64,000 nucleotides of DNA, from NCBI GenBank assembly GCA_019510095.1, contig JAEKLB010000020.1, positions 12,499 through 76,498 of the forward strand, read 5' to 3'. A program made the position numbers and the translations under genes. The first letter of the stretch is position 1; every line of letters starts with the position of its first letter. A model generated the notes under the pieces. That model had not been told where the DNA came from. It did not search any database and saw nothing but the letters and a program-made list of their open reading frames with translations. This DNA is from Acidobacteriota bacterium. GTDB lineage: Bacteria; Actinomycetota; Acidimicrobiia; Acidimicrobiales; CADCSY01. Positions 16,644-29,784 of the stretch are shown piece after piece.

Positions 16644-17447
16644 ATGGCCGTCACCGCCTCCGCCGACCCCGACACCCCTACTCGCATTTCAGCGAGTGAG
16701 CGCCCATCGCGGTCGGAGGGTGCCGTCGTCGGGTGGGTTCTCTCGGTTTGCGTCCTCGCCCTGGAAGCCGGCGGCTCCTTCCGGTACGCGGTGCGGAAGC
16801 CGCCGATCCGCGGGGGCCCCACAGCCGATCCCGAGCGGGCCGCAATGGAGGCAGCGCGCCGAGCCCGAGGAAAGGTCCGTCGCTACTGCGCCGCCAACCG
16901 ACTGAACCGCCTCGGCACGCTGACCTACCGGGGCGAGGGATGCCACGACCCGCGGGTCCTTCGTGCAGACGTCGCCGCCTTCTTTCGCTCACTGCGGGCG
17001 CTGCTTGATAGTGGCCCGTTCCCGTACCTCTGGACAGCGGAATGGCACAAGACAGGCCACGGTCTCCACGTCCACTTCGCGGTCGGGCGCTACATCCAAC
17101 GCTCCCTGATCGAACAGGCATGGGACCGAGGCTTCGTCCACATCAAGCTCCTAGGCGACCTGCCCGTCGGCTCCGGTCCCGTCGAAGAAGCGCGACGCGC
17201 TGCGGGCTATCTGTCGAAGTACGTCGGCAAAGCCTTCGACAACGACCGCGTTCCCGGCCTTCATCGCTACGAGGTCGCCCAACGATTCCAACCCGAGATC
17301 GTCCAAGTCTGGGGGCGCACCCGAGAAGCCGTCATCGACCAGGCGAACGAACTCGTCGGCAACCGCACACCCGAACAGGTCTGGACCTCCGACCAAGTCA
17401 CCGACTGGCAAGGACCACCCGCCGTCTGGGTCCGGTGGCCAGGATGA
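16644..17447 (+). CDS. rep: rolling-circle replication initiator (HUH endonuclease Rep; start uncertain)
   Basis: Shows the three RCR motifs in order: LGTLTYRG (motif 1), GLHVHFAV (HUH, motif 2) and AAGYLSKYVGK (catalytic Tyr, motif 3). Confidence 0.8.
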   Translation: MAVTASADPDTPTRISASERPSRSEGAVVGWVLSVCVLALEAGGSFRYAVRKPPIRGGPTADPERAAMEAARRARGKVRRYCAANRLNRLGTLTYRGEGCHDPRVLRADVAAFFRSLRALLDSGPFPYLWTAEWHKTGHGLHVHFAVGRYIQRSLIEQAWDRGFVHIKLLGDLPVGSGPVEEARRAAGYLSKYVGKAFDNDRVPGLHRYEVAQRFQPEIVQVWGRTREAVIDQANELVGNRTPEQVWTSDQVTDWQGPPAVWVRWPG

Positions 17448-17683
17448 CCGCCGACGAACTTGCCGTCTGGGTTACCGCCTCCTGCGAACGTCAAGGCATC
17501 CCCGTCAAGATCACCGACCGCCGCGTGATCACCGAAGTCGCCGCGCTGCTGACCGATGGCACCGTGCGGGCCCCGACCCGTGGCGAAGCCGGGTCGGGCC
17601 GCACACCTCGAACAACTACACCCGCCACACCAGCTCAACCCGAGCAGGATCAAACTCGCGTGCTCCCGAAGCGCCGGCGCTGA
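17444..17683 (+). CDS. small protein (79 aa) translationally coupled to rep
   Basis: ATGA overlap with the rep stop. The N-terminus MTADELAVWVTASCERQGIPVKITDRRVITEVAALL looks protein-like. The 3' end overlaps the convergent integrase by 68 nt, so the C-terminus is uncertain. Confidence 0.4.
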   Translation: MTADELAVWVTASCERQGIPVKITDRRVITEVAALLTDGTVRAPTRGEAGSGRTPRTTTPATPAQPEQDQTRVLPKRRR

Positions 17684-19019
17684 TCACTGCACGGTCGAGC
17701 ACAGCCCGCACGATCGCGTGCTGACGGGTCAGGTTCAGGGAACCCCACTGATCACGCAGCCCGTCGCCATTGCCAGGCAGCCCGACGAGCGTGTCAGTCC
17801 GAGTGACACGAGCCAGTCGCCCTTGGGTGTCACGCATCCGCTCCTCAACCGAGCGCCGTGCCGTCAGCCACTCAGCGCGGGTGATCTCCTTTGCCGCCCA
17901 CATGCCCGCCAGCTCGTCCAACTGCCCACGATCAGCCGACAACGACTCCGACAGCGCAGCCACCGCCTCGTCAGCAGCGCCCCGACCCGCAAGCGTGTCG
18001 GCAAGCTCCGGCGTATCGAGCCGATACAGCACCGCGGCGGCGACGAACTCCTCGAGCGGGCCCGCCACTACCGTCAGCCTCCCGCAACCTCCATGGTCCG
18101 GTCCCGACGAGCACACGTAGCGGCGAGTCGTCGCCCGAGCCGACGAATAGAGAACACCGCCGCACTTGCCGCACCGCAACAGACCGGTCAACAGATACCG
18201 ACGAGGCGCACGCCGGCCCGATGTCTTCTTGGCCTCCATCACCGCGAGAACCCGCTCCCGATCAGCAGGAGTGACGATCGGCTCCCAAACCGCGGGGCCG
18301 ACAACCTCGCCACGATGCGTCCGGAGGCCCGCGATCCGCCCCGAGCACAACAAGTCCCGCAGCGTCGGCGTCCGCCAGGGCCCGCCCTTGACCGTCCGCA
18401 CACTCTCGGCGTCCAACCACGTCGCCAGCGACCGCAAGCTCTCGCCGGCCAAGAACCGAGCCACCAACTGACGGATCACTTCGGCTTCGTCCGCCTTGAC
18501 CGTCACCTTGTCGGCCTCGTAGCCAAAGGGCCGCTGGCTCCCACCATGGGGCCGTCCCTCCGCTGCCACCTGATCCAGTTTGCGGCGCACCCGGCGACTC
18601 TTCGACGCCGACTCGTTCGCAGCCACCGCGGACAGCATGCGCAACACCAACAGCCCGTCACCATTCGCCACGTCCACGTCGCCGCCCGCCACGAACCGAA
18701 CATGACGGACCTTGGCATCCGTGACGACTTCCACGAACCGCTCTAGCTCGATCGGCCGACGAGTCAAGCGGTCAACGTGGTACACGACCACCGCGTCCCT
18801 CAGTCCGCTCCGCAGGTCCTCCAGCATCTCCTCATAGCGAGGACGACGCTTGCCCGAGAACGCTGACACGTCGTTGTCGACGTACTCCTCAGCCACCTCC
18901 CAGCCCAACTCCCGAGCCAGCCGTCGACAGTCCTCCAACTGCCGCAACACCCCGAGGGAAGTGCCCTCCTGGTCCGACGAAATACGGGCGTACACAGCAG
19001 CAGAGCGGGCGATCGCCAT
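17616..19019 (-). CDS. int: large serine recombinase (integrase)
   Basis: N-terminal resolvase catalytic domain (AAVYARISSDQEG..., VVVYHVDRLTRR), a recombinase domain, and a Cys-rich zinc ribbon (LLRCGKCGG...YVCSSGPDHGGCG). 467 aa. Confidence 0.9.
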   Translation of the reverse strand: MAIARSAAVYARISSDQEGTSLGVLRQLEDCRRLARELGWEVAEEYVDNDVSAFSGKRRPRYEEMLEDLRSGLRDAVVVYHVDRLTRRPIELERFVEVVTDAKVRHVRFVAGGDVDVANGDGLLVLRMLSAVAANESASKSRRVRRKLDQVAAEGRPHGGSQRPFGYEADKVTVKADEAEVIRQLVARFLAGESLRSLATWLDAESVRTVKGGPWRTPTLRDLLCSGRIAGLRTHRGEVVGPAVWEPIVTPADRERVLAVMEAKKTSGRRAPRRYLLTGLLRCGKCGGVLYSSARATTRRYVCSSGPDHGGCGRLTVVAGPLEEFVAAAVLYRLDTPELADTLAGRGAADEAVAALSESLSADRGQLDELAGMWAAKEITRAEWLTARRSVEERMRDTQGRLARVTRTDTLVGLPGNGDGLRDQWGSLNLTRQHAIVRAVLDRAVISAGASGAREFDPARVELVWRV

Positions 19020-19045
19020 AGAGGGCAGATTAACAAAGGACGGTG

Positions 19046-19053
19046 AACCTCGT
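19046..19053. other. attR core (AACCTCGT)
   Basis: Identical to 13230-13237. The flanking attP-side sequence contains the inverted pentamers GGACG(8 nt)CGTCC when the element ends are joined. Confidence 0.7.
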
Positions 19054-19207
19054 GCTGCTCTGCCGTCGTCACCACCGCCTGCTCCATCGAGACGGTTGGA
19101 GCCACAAGCTCCTGCCCGACACGCAACTGGTGGTCACCACGCCCGATGGTCGGGTCCTCCGCAGCATGCCGCCCGGACGACCACCACCTGCGCTTCCGCT
19201 GGAGTAG
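19046..19207 (+). pseudogene. DUF222/HNH endonuclease, displaced 3' portion
   Basis: Hand translation gives NLVLLCRRHHRLLHRDGWSHKLLPDTQLVVTTPDGRVLRSMPPGRPPPALPLE*. This is the HNH C-terminal LLCxxHHxxxH motif that 12195..13237 lacks. Confidence 0.8.
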
Positions 19208-19254
19208 CACCCGATCTGGAATGCCGGCCGGGCCGAACAGGGCCGACCTGCCTG

Positions 19255-20121
19255 CTACTCGGGGGTCTGGCTCCCGCCTTGCTCCAACCACTGGTTGAAG
19301 ACGGGCGGGCGCTTCTCGAAGAACGCCTTGGAGCCGTCGTGGGCGTCGTCGTGGAAGTCGCTCAAGGCGGTCTTGGTGGCGATGTCATCGCCGGCCTGGT
19401 CGAAGGTGAGGTGAGCGGCGTTGTACACCGCCTTCTTGAGCAGGCGCATGGCGACCTGCGGGCCGGCGGCCAGCTCCCGGGCCAGCTCCATGGTGCGCTC
19501 CATCAGCAACTCGTCGTCGACCGAGTCGTTGACCAGGCCGAGCTCGGCGGCCTCGTCGCCCGTGACGATCCGCTTGCGGAGCAGGAAGTCGAGCGCCCGC
19601 TTCACGCCGAGATGCTCGACGAGGAGCCAGTGCCCGCCTTCGTCGGGCTGCCAACCCATGCGCAGGGTGGCGCTGCCGAGCTGGGCCGAGCGAGCAGCGA
19701 TGGCGAAGTCGCACGCCAGCACCACGGACAGGCCGAGCTGGATGGCAGCGCCATTGACCGCGGCGATGGTGATCTTGTCGAGGCGACGAATGACTCGTGC
19801 CGGGTCCTGCGCATAGGTGGCCAGCCGGGCGTAGAGGTTGACCGGCACCTTGCTGAAGCCCTCAGGAAGATCAGAGACGAGGGTCGGCGGCTCCGGCTCG
19901 GCGGACTTGTTGTTGACACCGGCAATGAAGCCTCGACCCGTCCCGGTGAGCACGACGACTCGCACGGCGTCGTCGAACTGGGCGAGGGTCAGCACCTCGC
20001 ACAGGTCGCGACGCGCACCGAAGCTCATGGCGTTGAGCCGCTCGGGGCGGTTGAAGGTGATGATGGCGATCCCGTCGCCGTCGACGGTCGCGTCGAATCC
20101 CTGGTAGCTGCCCTCGATCAC
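19255..20121 (-). CDS. enoyl-CoA hydratase/isomerase (crotonase) family protein
   Basis: GTG 20119-20121 overlaps the upstream stop (GTGA). The crotonase fold pattern is ITFNRPERLNA...VVVLTGTGRGFIAG...AAVNGAAIQLG. Paralogue of 48971..49759. Confidence 0.9.
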   Translation of the reverse strand: MIEGSYQGFDATVDGDGIAIITFNRPERLNAMSFGARRDLCEVLTLAQFDDAVRVVVLTGTGRGFIAGVNNKSAEPEPPTLVSDLPEGFSKVPVNLYARLATYAQDPARVIRRLDKITIAAVNGAAIQLGLSVVLACDFAIAARSAQLGSATLRMGWQPDEGGHWLLVEHLGVKRALDFLLRKRIVTGDEAAELGLVNDSVDDELLMERTMELARELAAGPQVAMRLLKKAVYNAAHLTFDQAGDDIATKTALSDFHDDAHDGSKAFFEKRPPVFNQWLEQGGSQTPE

Positions 20122-20930
20122 GCCTGCTTGCCCTTCTGCAAGGCCCCACTGAGTCGACCGGGTCGCGGCGGGCCGGAGTTGAGAGCCGAGTTGGCGATCC
20201 GTTCGATGTGCCGGCTCTTCTCCCGGTCCTCTGCGGTGCACAGGTCGATCGTCAGCTTGGCCATGCCCAGCGCGTCGGCATCGAGGGCAACCAGGCTGCG
20301 GGCGAACTCGTAGACCCGGTCCATGAACTCCTCGGCCGGATAGACCTCGTGCACCAGGCCGATGCGCAGCGCGGTGTCGGCGTCGATGTTGCGGCCGGCC
20401 ATGCCGATCCACTTCGACCAGTGGGGCCCCACGAGCCGGGTCAGCCGGCTGATCCCGCCGCTGCCAGCGATGACACCGAGGTTCGGCACCTCGGGGAGCC
20501 CGTAGGTGGTGTGCGGCGCGCAGAAGCGGAAGTCGCACGACACACCCATCTCCAGCCCGAGGCCGAGGCAGGGCCCTTGCGCGGCATGGATGATCGGCTT
20601 CTCGATCTTCTCGAACTCGTCGTGCAGCTCGTGGTGGCGCTGCCGGTACTTGCGCCGCTGCAACGTCTTGGTCGGCTGCGGGCCCTCGAAGTCGCGCCGC
20701 TCGGCCTGGGCCTCGTCGCTGATGTCGAGCCCGGCCGTGAAGTAGCGCCCGTTGGCGGTGAGCACCATCACCCGGAGCTCCTCGGTGTCGCCGAAGCGCC
20801 AGGTCGCCTCGTCGAGCGCCTGGCTCATCGGCAGGTTGATGGCATTGAGCTTCTTTGGCCGGTTGAGGGTGACGGTCATGATCCCGTCCTCCTCGGCCAC
20901 CAACACTGGTGCGTCGGGCTGCTCTGCCAT
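20118..20930 (-). CDS. enoyl-CoA hydratase/isomerase family protein
   Basis: ATG 20928-20930 (MAEQPDAPV...). Contains VTLNRPKKLNA...VMVLTANGRYFTAGLD...IIHAAQGPCLGLGLE. The rest of track ORF 20118..21566 is over-extension. Confidence 0.85.
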   Translation of the reverse strand: MAEQPDAPVLVAEEDGIMTVTLNRPKKLNAINLPMSQALDEATWRFGDTEELRVMVLTANGRYFTAGLDISDEAQAERRDFEGPQPTKTLQRRKYRQRHHELHDEFEKIEKPIIHAAQGPCLGLGLEMGVSCDFRFCAPHTTYGLPEVPNLGVIAGSGGISRLTRLVGPHWSKWIGMAGRNIDADTALRIGLVHEVYPAEEFMDRVYEFARSLVALDADALGMAKLTIDLCTAEDREKSRHIERIANSALNSGPPRPGRLSGALQKGKQA

Positions 20931-20954
20931 GGGCCGGACGCTACCGTCGCCGCT

Positions 20955-21674
20955 GTGAGCGATGACGAGGGGCTCTACTTCCGCCAGCTGCTGTCGGGCC
21001 GCGACTTCGCGGTCGGCGACGGCGCCGCGACGCAGATGGTCAACTTCGTCTACCTGATCGGCGATCGCGCCACGGGCGAGGCCGTCGTGGTCGATCCCGC
21101 CTACGCGGTGCGGGAGCTGGTCGAGATCGCCGGCGCCGATGGGATGCGCATCACCGGCGCCCTCGCCACCCACCACCACCCCGACCACGTGGGCGGGTCG
21201 ATGATGGGCGTCACCCTCGAGGGCGTGGCCGAGCTGCTCGGCCTCGGCCTGGGGCCGGTGCACGTCCAGCGGGACGAGGCTCCCTTCGTCCAACGGGTCA
21301 CCGGGGCCGAAGCCAGCGATCTGGTCTCCCACGACAGTGGCGACGTGGTCGAGGTCGGCTCGGTGACGATCGAGCTCCTGCACACGCCCGGCCACACGCC
21401 CGGCAGCCAGTGCTTCCTGGTCGACGGGTTGCTGGTGTCGGGCGACACCCTGTTCCTCGAGGGGTGTGGGCGCACTGACTTCCCGGGCAGCGACCCTGCT
21501 GCCATGTACGACAGCCTGCAGCGCCTGGCAGCGTTGCCGGCGGCGACGGTGGTCTTCCCCGGCCACCGGTACTCGATGCCGTCGTTCGGGAGCCTCGAGG
21601 CCATCAAGGAGTCGAACTACGTGTACCGGCCCGGCACCAAGGAGCAGTGGCTCGCCATGTTCGGTGGGGCCTGA
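20955..21674 (+). CDS. MBL-fold metallo-hydrolase (glyoxalase II-like)
   Basis: GTG 20955. Has the metal motif ATHHHPDHVGG, plus HTPGHTPGS and the C-terminal GHRY. Confidence 0.85.
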   Translation: MSDDEGLYFRQLLSGRDFAVGDGAATQMVNFVYLIGDRATGEAVVVDPAYAVRELVEIAGADGMRITGALATHHHPDHVGGSMMGVTLEGVAELLGLGLGPVHVQRDEAPFVQRVTGAEASDLVSHDSGDVVEVGSVTIELLHTPGHTPGSQCFLVDGLLVSGDTLFLEGCGRTDFPGSDPAAMYDSLQRLAALPAATVVFPGHRYSMPSFGSLEAIKESNYVYRPGTKEQWLAMFGGA

Positions 21675-21693
21675 TTCCGGCTACAACTGGGGC

Positions 21694-21950
21694 ATGCGCT
21701 TTCGACTCGGAGCAATGATCGGTTTTGGTGCCGGCTACTACCTGGGGGCCAAGGCTGGGCGCGAGCGCTACGAGCAGCTCAACGCCGTGATCAAGAAGGT
21801 TCGGGGCAGCGACGCCTACGAGGCGGCCACCGACAAGGCCCGTGACGTCGTCGACCTCACCGTCGAGAAGACCAAGGACTTCATCGACGAGCACAAGCAG
21901 GGCGCATCGGCCGACGCCTACGACGGCGACCTGAGCCCCATCACCAACAA

Positions 21951-21954
<4 letters not shown>
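21694..21954 (+). CDS. small membrane-anchored protein (86 aa)
   Basis: ATG 21694 in the tail of track ORF 21466..21954. An N-terminal Gly-rich hydrophobic helix ([15 protein letters not shown]) is followed by a charged helical region. Confidence 0.5.
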
Positions 21955-23203
<1,249 letters not shown>

Positions 23204-23207
<4 letters not shown>

Positions 23208-24961
23208 GCCCCCTCCTCACCCCGGGCCACGAGGAAGGGTACCAACTGGCCCAGCGCCGCCAGGCGGGTGTCCGACTCCCGGAGCTCCTCGAGACGGAGC
23301 TTCAGCCAGCCCACCACCTCGGCGGCGGCGAGCGGGTCGTCGGTGGCCCGGGCGTCGGCCCCGACCTCCTGGAGCACCCGGCCGATGGCCTCGGCGACCA
23401 GGAGGGCCACGACGTCGTCGGCCTCGATGTCGACCTCTTCGACGGCCAGCCGCTGCAGCAGCTCGGCCGCCTCCGGGTCGGCGGCCTCGATGGCCTCGTG
23501 CAGGGTCGACGCCCCCGAGAGGGCGCGGTAGGCAGCGAGCTCGACGGGATCGGTGAACAGCACGTCGTGCAACCAGTCGGCGACCGACTCCGGCTGGTGC
23601 ACGGCGAGTCCGAGCACGAGCAGCGACGGGCTCTCGGGCCGAGCCGGGCGTCGTCGCGCCGGGGCTGGCTGGGCGGCCCGGTGGTCGGCCCCTCGCGCCG
23701 AGGTTCGCAGGCGGTCGGGGTCGACGCGGGTGCGGTCGGCGACCTGCATCACGTACTGGTCACGGACGAGCTCGTTGGGATGCTCGGCGATGATCGTCAT
23801 GGCCGCCTCGGCGACGCGCGCCCGCCCCTCGGCCGTGGTGAGGTTGGCCGAGCCCAGCAGCCGGTTGATGCGAAAGCCGAGGAACGGCGTGGCCTCGGCC
23901 ACCGCCTTCCGAAGGGCAGTTGGGTCGGACCGGGCGAGGTCGCCGGGGTCGGCGCCGGGCGGCAGTGCGGCGACGTAGACGTCGAGCTCGTGGCGTCGCT
24001 CCCACTCGTAAAAGCGCTCGGCCGCGCCCTGGCCGGCGGCGTCGGCGTCGAACGCGAGCACGATCTTCCGCGAGAAGTTCTTCAACGTCCGGAAGTGGCT
24101 GTCGGTCAGGGAGGTGCCGCAGGTCGCCACTGCCCAGGGCACACCGGCCAGACCCATTCCGATGACATCGGTGTACCCCTCGCAGACCACCACCTCGCCC
24201 TGCCGGACGATGTGCTCCTTCGCCCAGTTGAGCCCGTACAAGGTGTCGCTCTTGTCGTAGATGGCGGTCGAGGGGGAGTTCTTGTACTTGGCCGGGTCGT
24301 TCGAGCCGGGCAGGATGCGACCGCCAATGGCCACCGCATCGCCGCGCGAGTCGAAGATCGGGAACAGCACCCGGCCGCGGAAGGAGTCCTGCAGCCGTTC
24401 GCGCTTGTTCAGGAACGCCAGCCCGGTCTCCCGCAGCACCTCCGACGACAGGCCGATCGACCTCGAAAGCGTGTCCCAGTCGTCGGGCGCCCAACCCAGC
24501 TTGTAGGTGCGGACGATGTCACCGTCGTAGCCCCGTGACCGGAGGTAGCCCCGCGCCTGGTTCGCATCGGGCGCGGTCAGCAGCCGTTGGTGGTACCAGT
24601 CGACGGCCTTGGCCATGGCCTCGACCAGTCCGGAGCGCTTCTTGCGCTGGCCGGTCTCCTGGGTCGAGTCGTAGTGCAGGGTGATGCCGGCCTTGGCCGC
24701 CAACGACTCGACCGCGCCGACGAAGTCGAGGTGCTGGATCTCCCGCACGAAGGTGATCACATCGCCCTTGGCCTGGCACCCGAAGCAGTAGTAGAAGCCC
24801 AGATCACCATTGACCGAGAACGACGGCGTCTTCTCACCGTGGAACGGGCAGAGGCCCGTCCACCGGGCACCCTGCTTCCGGAGCCCGACGTGCTCGCCGA
24901 TGACGTCGACGATCGAGACCTGGGCCCGAATCCGCTCGATGTCCTCGTTGGCGATGCCCAT
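23204..24961 (-). CDS. dnaG: DNA primase
   Basis: Zinc-binding N-terminus [13 protein letters not shown] and the TOPRIM motifs VVCEGYTDV and LAFDADAAG. There is a 4-nt overlap with the rpoD start. Confidence 0.9.
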
Positions 24962-24981
24962 CTCAGCCCTGAGGGTACGGG

Positions 24982-25947
24982 CTACTCCCGGGCGTCGGCC
25001 CGGAGCGAGGCCATGACCGCCACGAACAGCGTGAGGACGATGACCACCAGCCCGGCCCAGGTCGGCAGGTGGATCAGCTCGTGGACGAGCATCTTCACGC
25101 CGACGAAGCCGAGGATCACCGCGAGACCGAGGTTGAGGTACCGGAACCGGCCGGCCATGCCGGCGAGGCAGAAGTACAGCGACCGCAGCCCGAGGATGGC
25201 GAAGGCGTTCGAGCTGAACACGATGAACTGCTCGCGGCTCACGGCCAGGATCGCCGGGATCGAGTCGACGGCGAAGAGCACGTCGGTCGTCTCGATCATG
25301 ACCAACACCGCGAACAGGGGCGTCGCCACCCGCCTGCCGTTCTCCTTGGTGAAGAGCTTCTGGCCGTCGTACTCGTTGGTCGAGGGGATGAACCGTCGAA
25401 CGAGCTTCAGCGCCACGTTGTCGTCAGGATGCACCTCGGCATCGTCATGACGACCGATCTTCACCGCGGTGTACACCAGGAACCCGCCGAACACGTAGAG
25501 CACCCACTCGAACTGCTCGACCAGGGCGACCCCGGCGAAGATGAAGATGGCACGCAGCACCAGCGCGCCGAAGATGCCCCAGAACAGGACTCGGAACCGG
25601 TACATCAACGGCACGCCGAAGTACGTCAGGATCACGGCCCACACGAACACGTTGTCGATCGACAGGCTCTCCTCGATGAGATAGCCCGACAGGTACTCGC
25701 CCGCCGCCTGACCTCCCTGCCACGCAAGGATCACGAAGGTGAAGGCCAGTCCCAACGAGATCCACACGCCGCTCTCGATTGCCGCTTCGCGCAGTGTGAT
25801 CTCATGCGCCGTGCGGTGCACCAGCAGGAGGTCGGCGGCGACCAGCACCACGATCAGCGCCACGAACCCGGCCCACACCACGTTGGGCGTCTCGAAGCTC
25901 GAGAAGCTCTCGGCGCTCTCGGCCGTGCTCGCCAGCTGCAGCATCAA
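24982..25947 (-). CDS. TerC family integral membrane protein
   Basis: Multi-pass hydrophobic protein with TerC signatures (EESLSIDNVFV, LFAVDSIPA). Paralogue of the adjacent gene, with an ATGA overlap. Confidence 0.9.
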   Translation of the reverse strand: MMLQLASTAESAESFSSFETPNVVWAGFVALIVVLVAADLLLVHRTAHEITLREAAIESGVWISLGLAFTFVILAWQGGQAAGEYLSGYLIEESLSIDNVFVWAVILTYFGVPLMYRFRVLFWGIFGALVLRAIFIFAGVALVEQFEWVLYVFGGFLVYTAVKIGRHDDAEVHPDDNVALKLVRRFIPSTNEYDGQKLFTKENGRRVATPLFAVLVMIETTDVLFAVDSIPAILAVSREQFIVFSSNAFAILGLRSLYFCLAGMAGRFRYLNLGLAVILGFVGVKMLVHELIHLPTWAGLVVIVLTLFVAVMASLRADARE

Positions 25948-26984
25948 CCGTCATCCCCCTGTTCGTGCTCGAGGCTTCGCTCCACGAGCTCTTCGATCGG
26001 CCCGCCGTCGTTCCGGCCGTCGTGGCGGTCAGCCCGCGCCGAGAACGACACGGCAGTCAGCAACGTCGCTGTGATGACCGCCAACGACGCCCACGTCGGG
26101 ACGTGCACCACATCGGCGGTCTCGACGATCATCTTGGTTCCCACGAAGGCGAGGATCACACCAAGCCCCACGTTGAGATAGCGGAAGCGACCGGCCATGC
26201 CCTGCAGGCAGAAGTAGAGGGACCGAAGGCCAAGCAGGGCCATGGCGTTGGAGCTGACGACGATGAACTGCTCGCGGCTGACGGCGATGACTGCCGGAAT
26301 CGAGTCGACGGCGAACAGGACGTCGGTGGCCGCCACCATCACGACGACAGCGAAGAGCGGCGTCGCCAGCCGCCGGCCGTCCTTCACGGTGAACAGCCGC
26401 TGGCCGTCGTACTCGGCGGTCGATGGCACCAGCCGGCGAACCGCCCGCATGGCGAGGTTCCGATCAGGGTGGACCTCGGCCTCGTCGTGGCGGCCGATCC
26501 TCCACGCCGTGTAGAGCAGGAACGCCCCGAAGCCGTAGAGGACGAACTCGAACCGGTTCACCAGCGCCACGCCACCGAGGATGAACAGGGCCCGCAGCAC
26601 CAATGCACCGGCGATGCCCCAGAACAGGACCCGGAACCGGTACGCCAGGGGGACAGCGAAGAAGGTGAGGATGACCGCCCACACGAAGACGTTGTCGACC
26701 GAGAGGCTCTCCTCGATCAGGTAGCCCGACAGGTACTCCCCTGCCGCCCGACCGCCGTGCCAGGCGAGCACCACCAGCGCGAAGGCCAGGCCCATGGTGA
26801 GCCACACGCCGCTCTCCAGCGCGGCTGTGCGCAGCGAGAGCTCCCGGGGGCCGCGATGGACCACCAGGATGTCGGTGGCGATGATCGCCACCACGAAGCC
26901 GACGAACGCGATCCATGCCCAGACCGGAACGTCGAAGTGTGCATACGCCGTCGACGCCGCTACCAGCGCGGCGGTGAAGGTCAA
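25944..26984 (-). CDS. TerC family integral membrane protein (TTG start)
   Basis: Same signatures (EESLSVDNVFV, LFAVDSIPA). The only start candidate is TTG at 26982-26984, directly abutting the tandem hairpin repeat. Confidence 0.85.
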   Translation of the reverse strand: MTFTAALVAASTAYAHFDVPVWAWIAFVGFVVAIIATDILVVHRGPRELSLRTAALESGVWLTMGLAFALVVLAWHGGRAAGEYLSGYLIEESLSVDNVFVWAVILTFFAVPLAYRFRVLFWGIAGALVLRALFILGGVALVNRFEFVLYGFGAFLLYTAWRIGRHDEAEVHPDRNLAMRAVRRLVPSTAEYDGQRLFTVKDGRRLATPLFAVVVMVAATDVLFAVDSIPAVIAVSREQFIVVSSNAMALLGLRSLYFCLQGMAGRFRYLNVGLGVILAFVGTKMIVETADVVHVPTWASLAVITATLLTAVSFSARADRHDGRNDGGPIEELVERSLEHEQGDDG

Positions 26985-26985
26985 C

Positions 26986-27091
26986 GCGTACCTGCGCTAT
27001 TGAGCCGCACGAACCCCGCGACAGGTACGCAATGTCCCCGCGTACCTGCGCTATTGAGCCGCAAGGCGAACCCCGCGACAGGTACGCAATG

Positions 27092-27093
<2 letters not shown>
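26986..27093. repeat. tandem direct repeat, 2 x ~54 nt, each unit a long hairpin
   Basis: The unit is GCGTACCTG-CGC-tattgagccgca(agg)cgaacccc-GCG-a-CAGGTACGC-aatgtc, at 26986-27036 and 27040-27093. It fills the whole ppdK-terC intergenic space. Confidence 0.75.
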
Positions 27094-29743
<2,650 letters not shown>

Positions 29744-29784
29744 AGTGGGTCGAGGTTAGACCGCCGACCCAGGTGACCCAGTGG

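Larger units (their letters stand above)
13230..19053. mobile_element. 5.8-kb integrative element (serine integrase + RCR Rep + AIPR) inserted in the DUF222/HNH gene
   Basis: Bounded by the AACCTCGT repeat. Joining the flanks restores ...TRLDNLVLLCRRHHRLLH... in frame. The integrase gene starts 27 bp inside the right junction. Confidence 0.8.

Noticed and set aside
8869-19254. The whole 10.4-kb accessory stretch treated as a single genomic island with one pair of ends.
   Set aside because: I found no flanking direct repeats or tRNA at its borders. The internal evidence supports at least three separate events: the IS insertion, the TA cassette with decayed genes, and the 5.8-kb element in the HNH gene.
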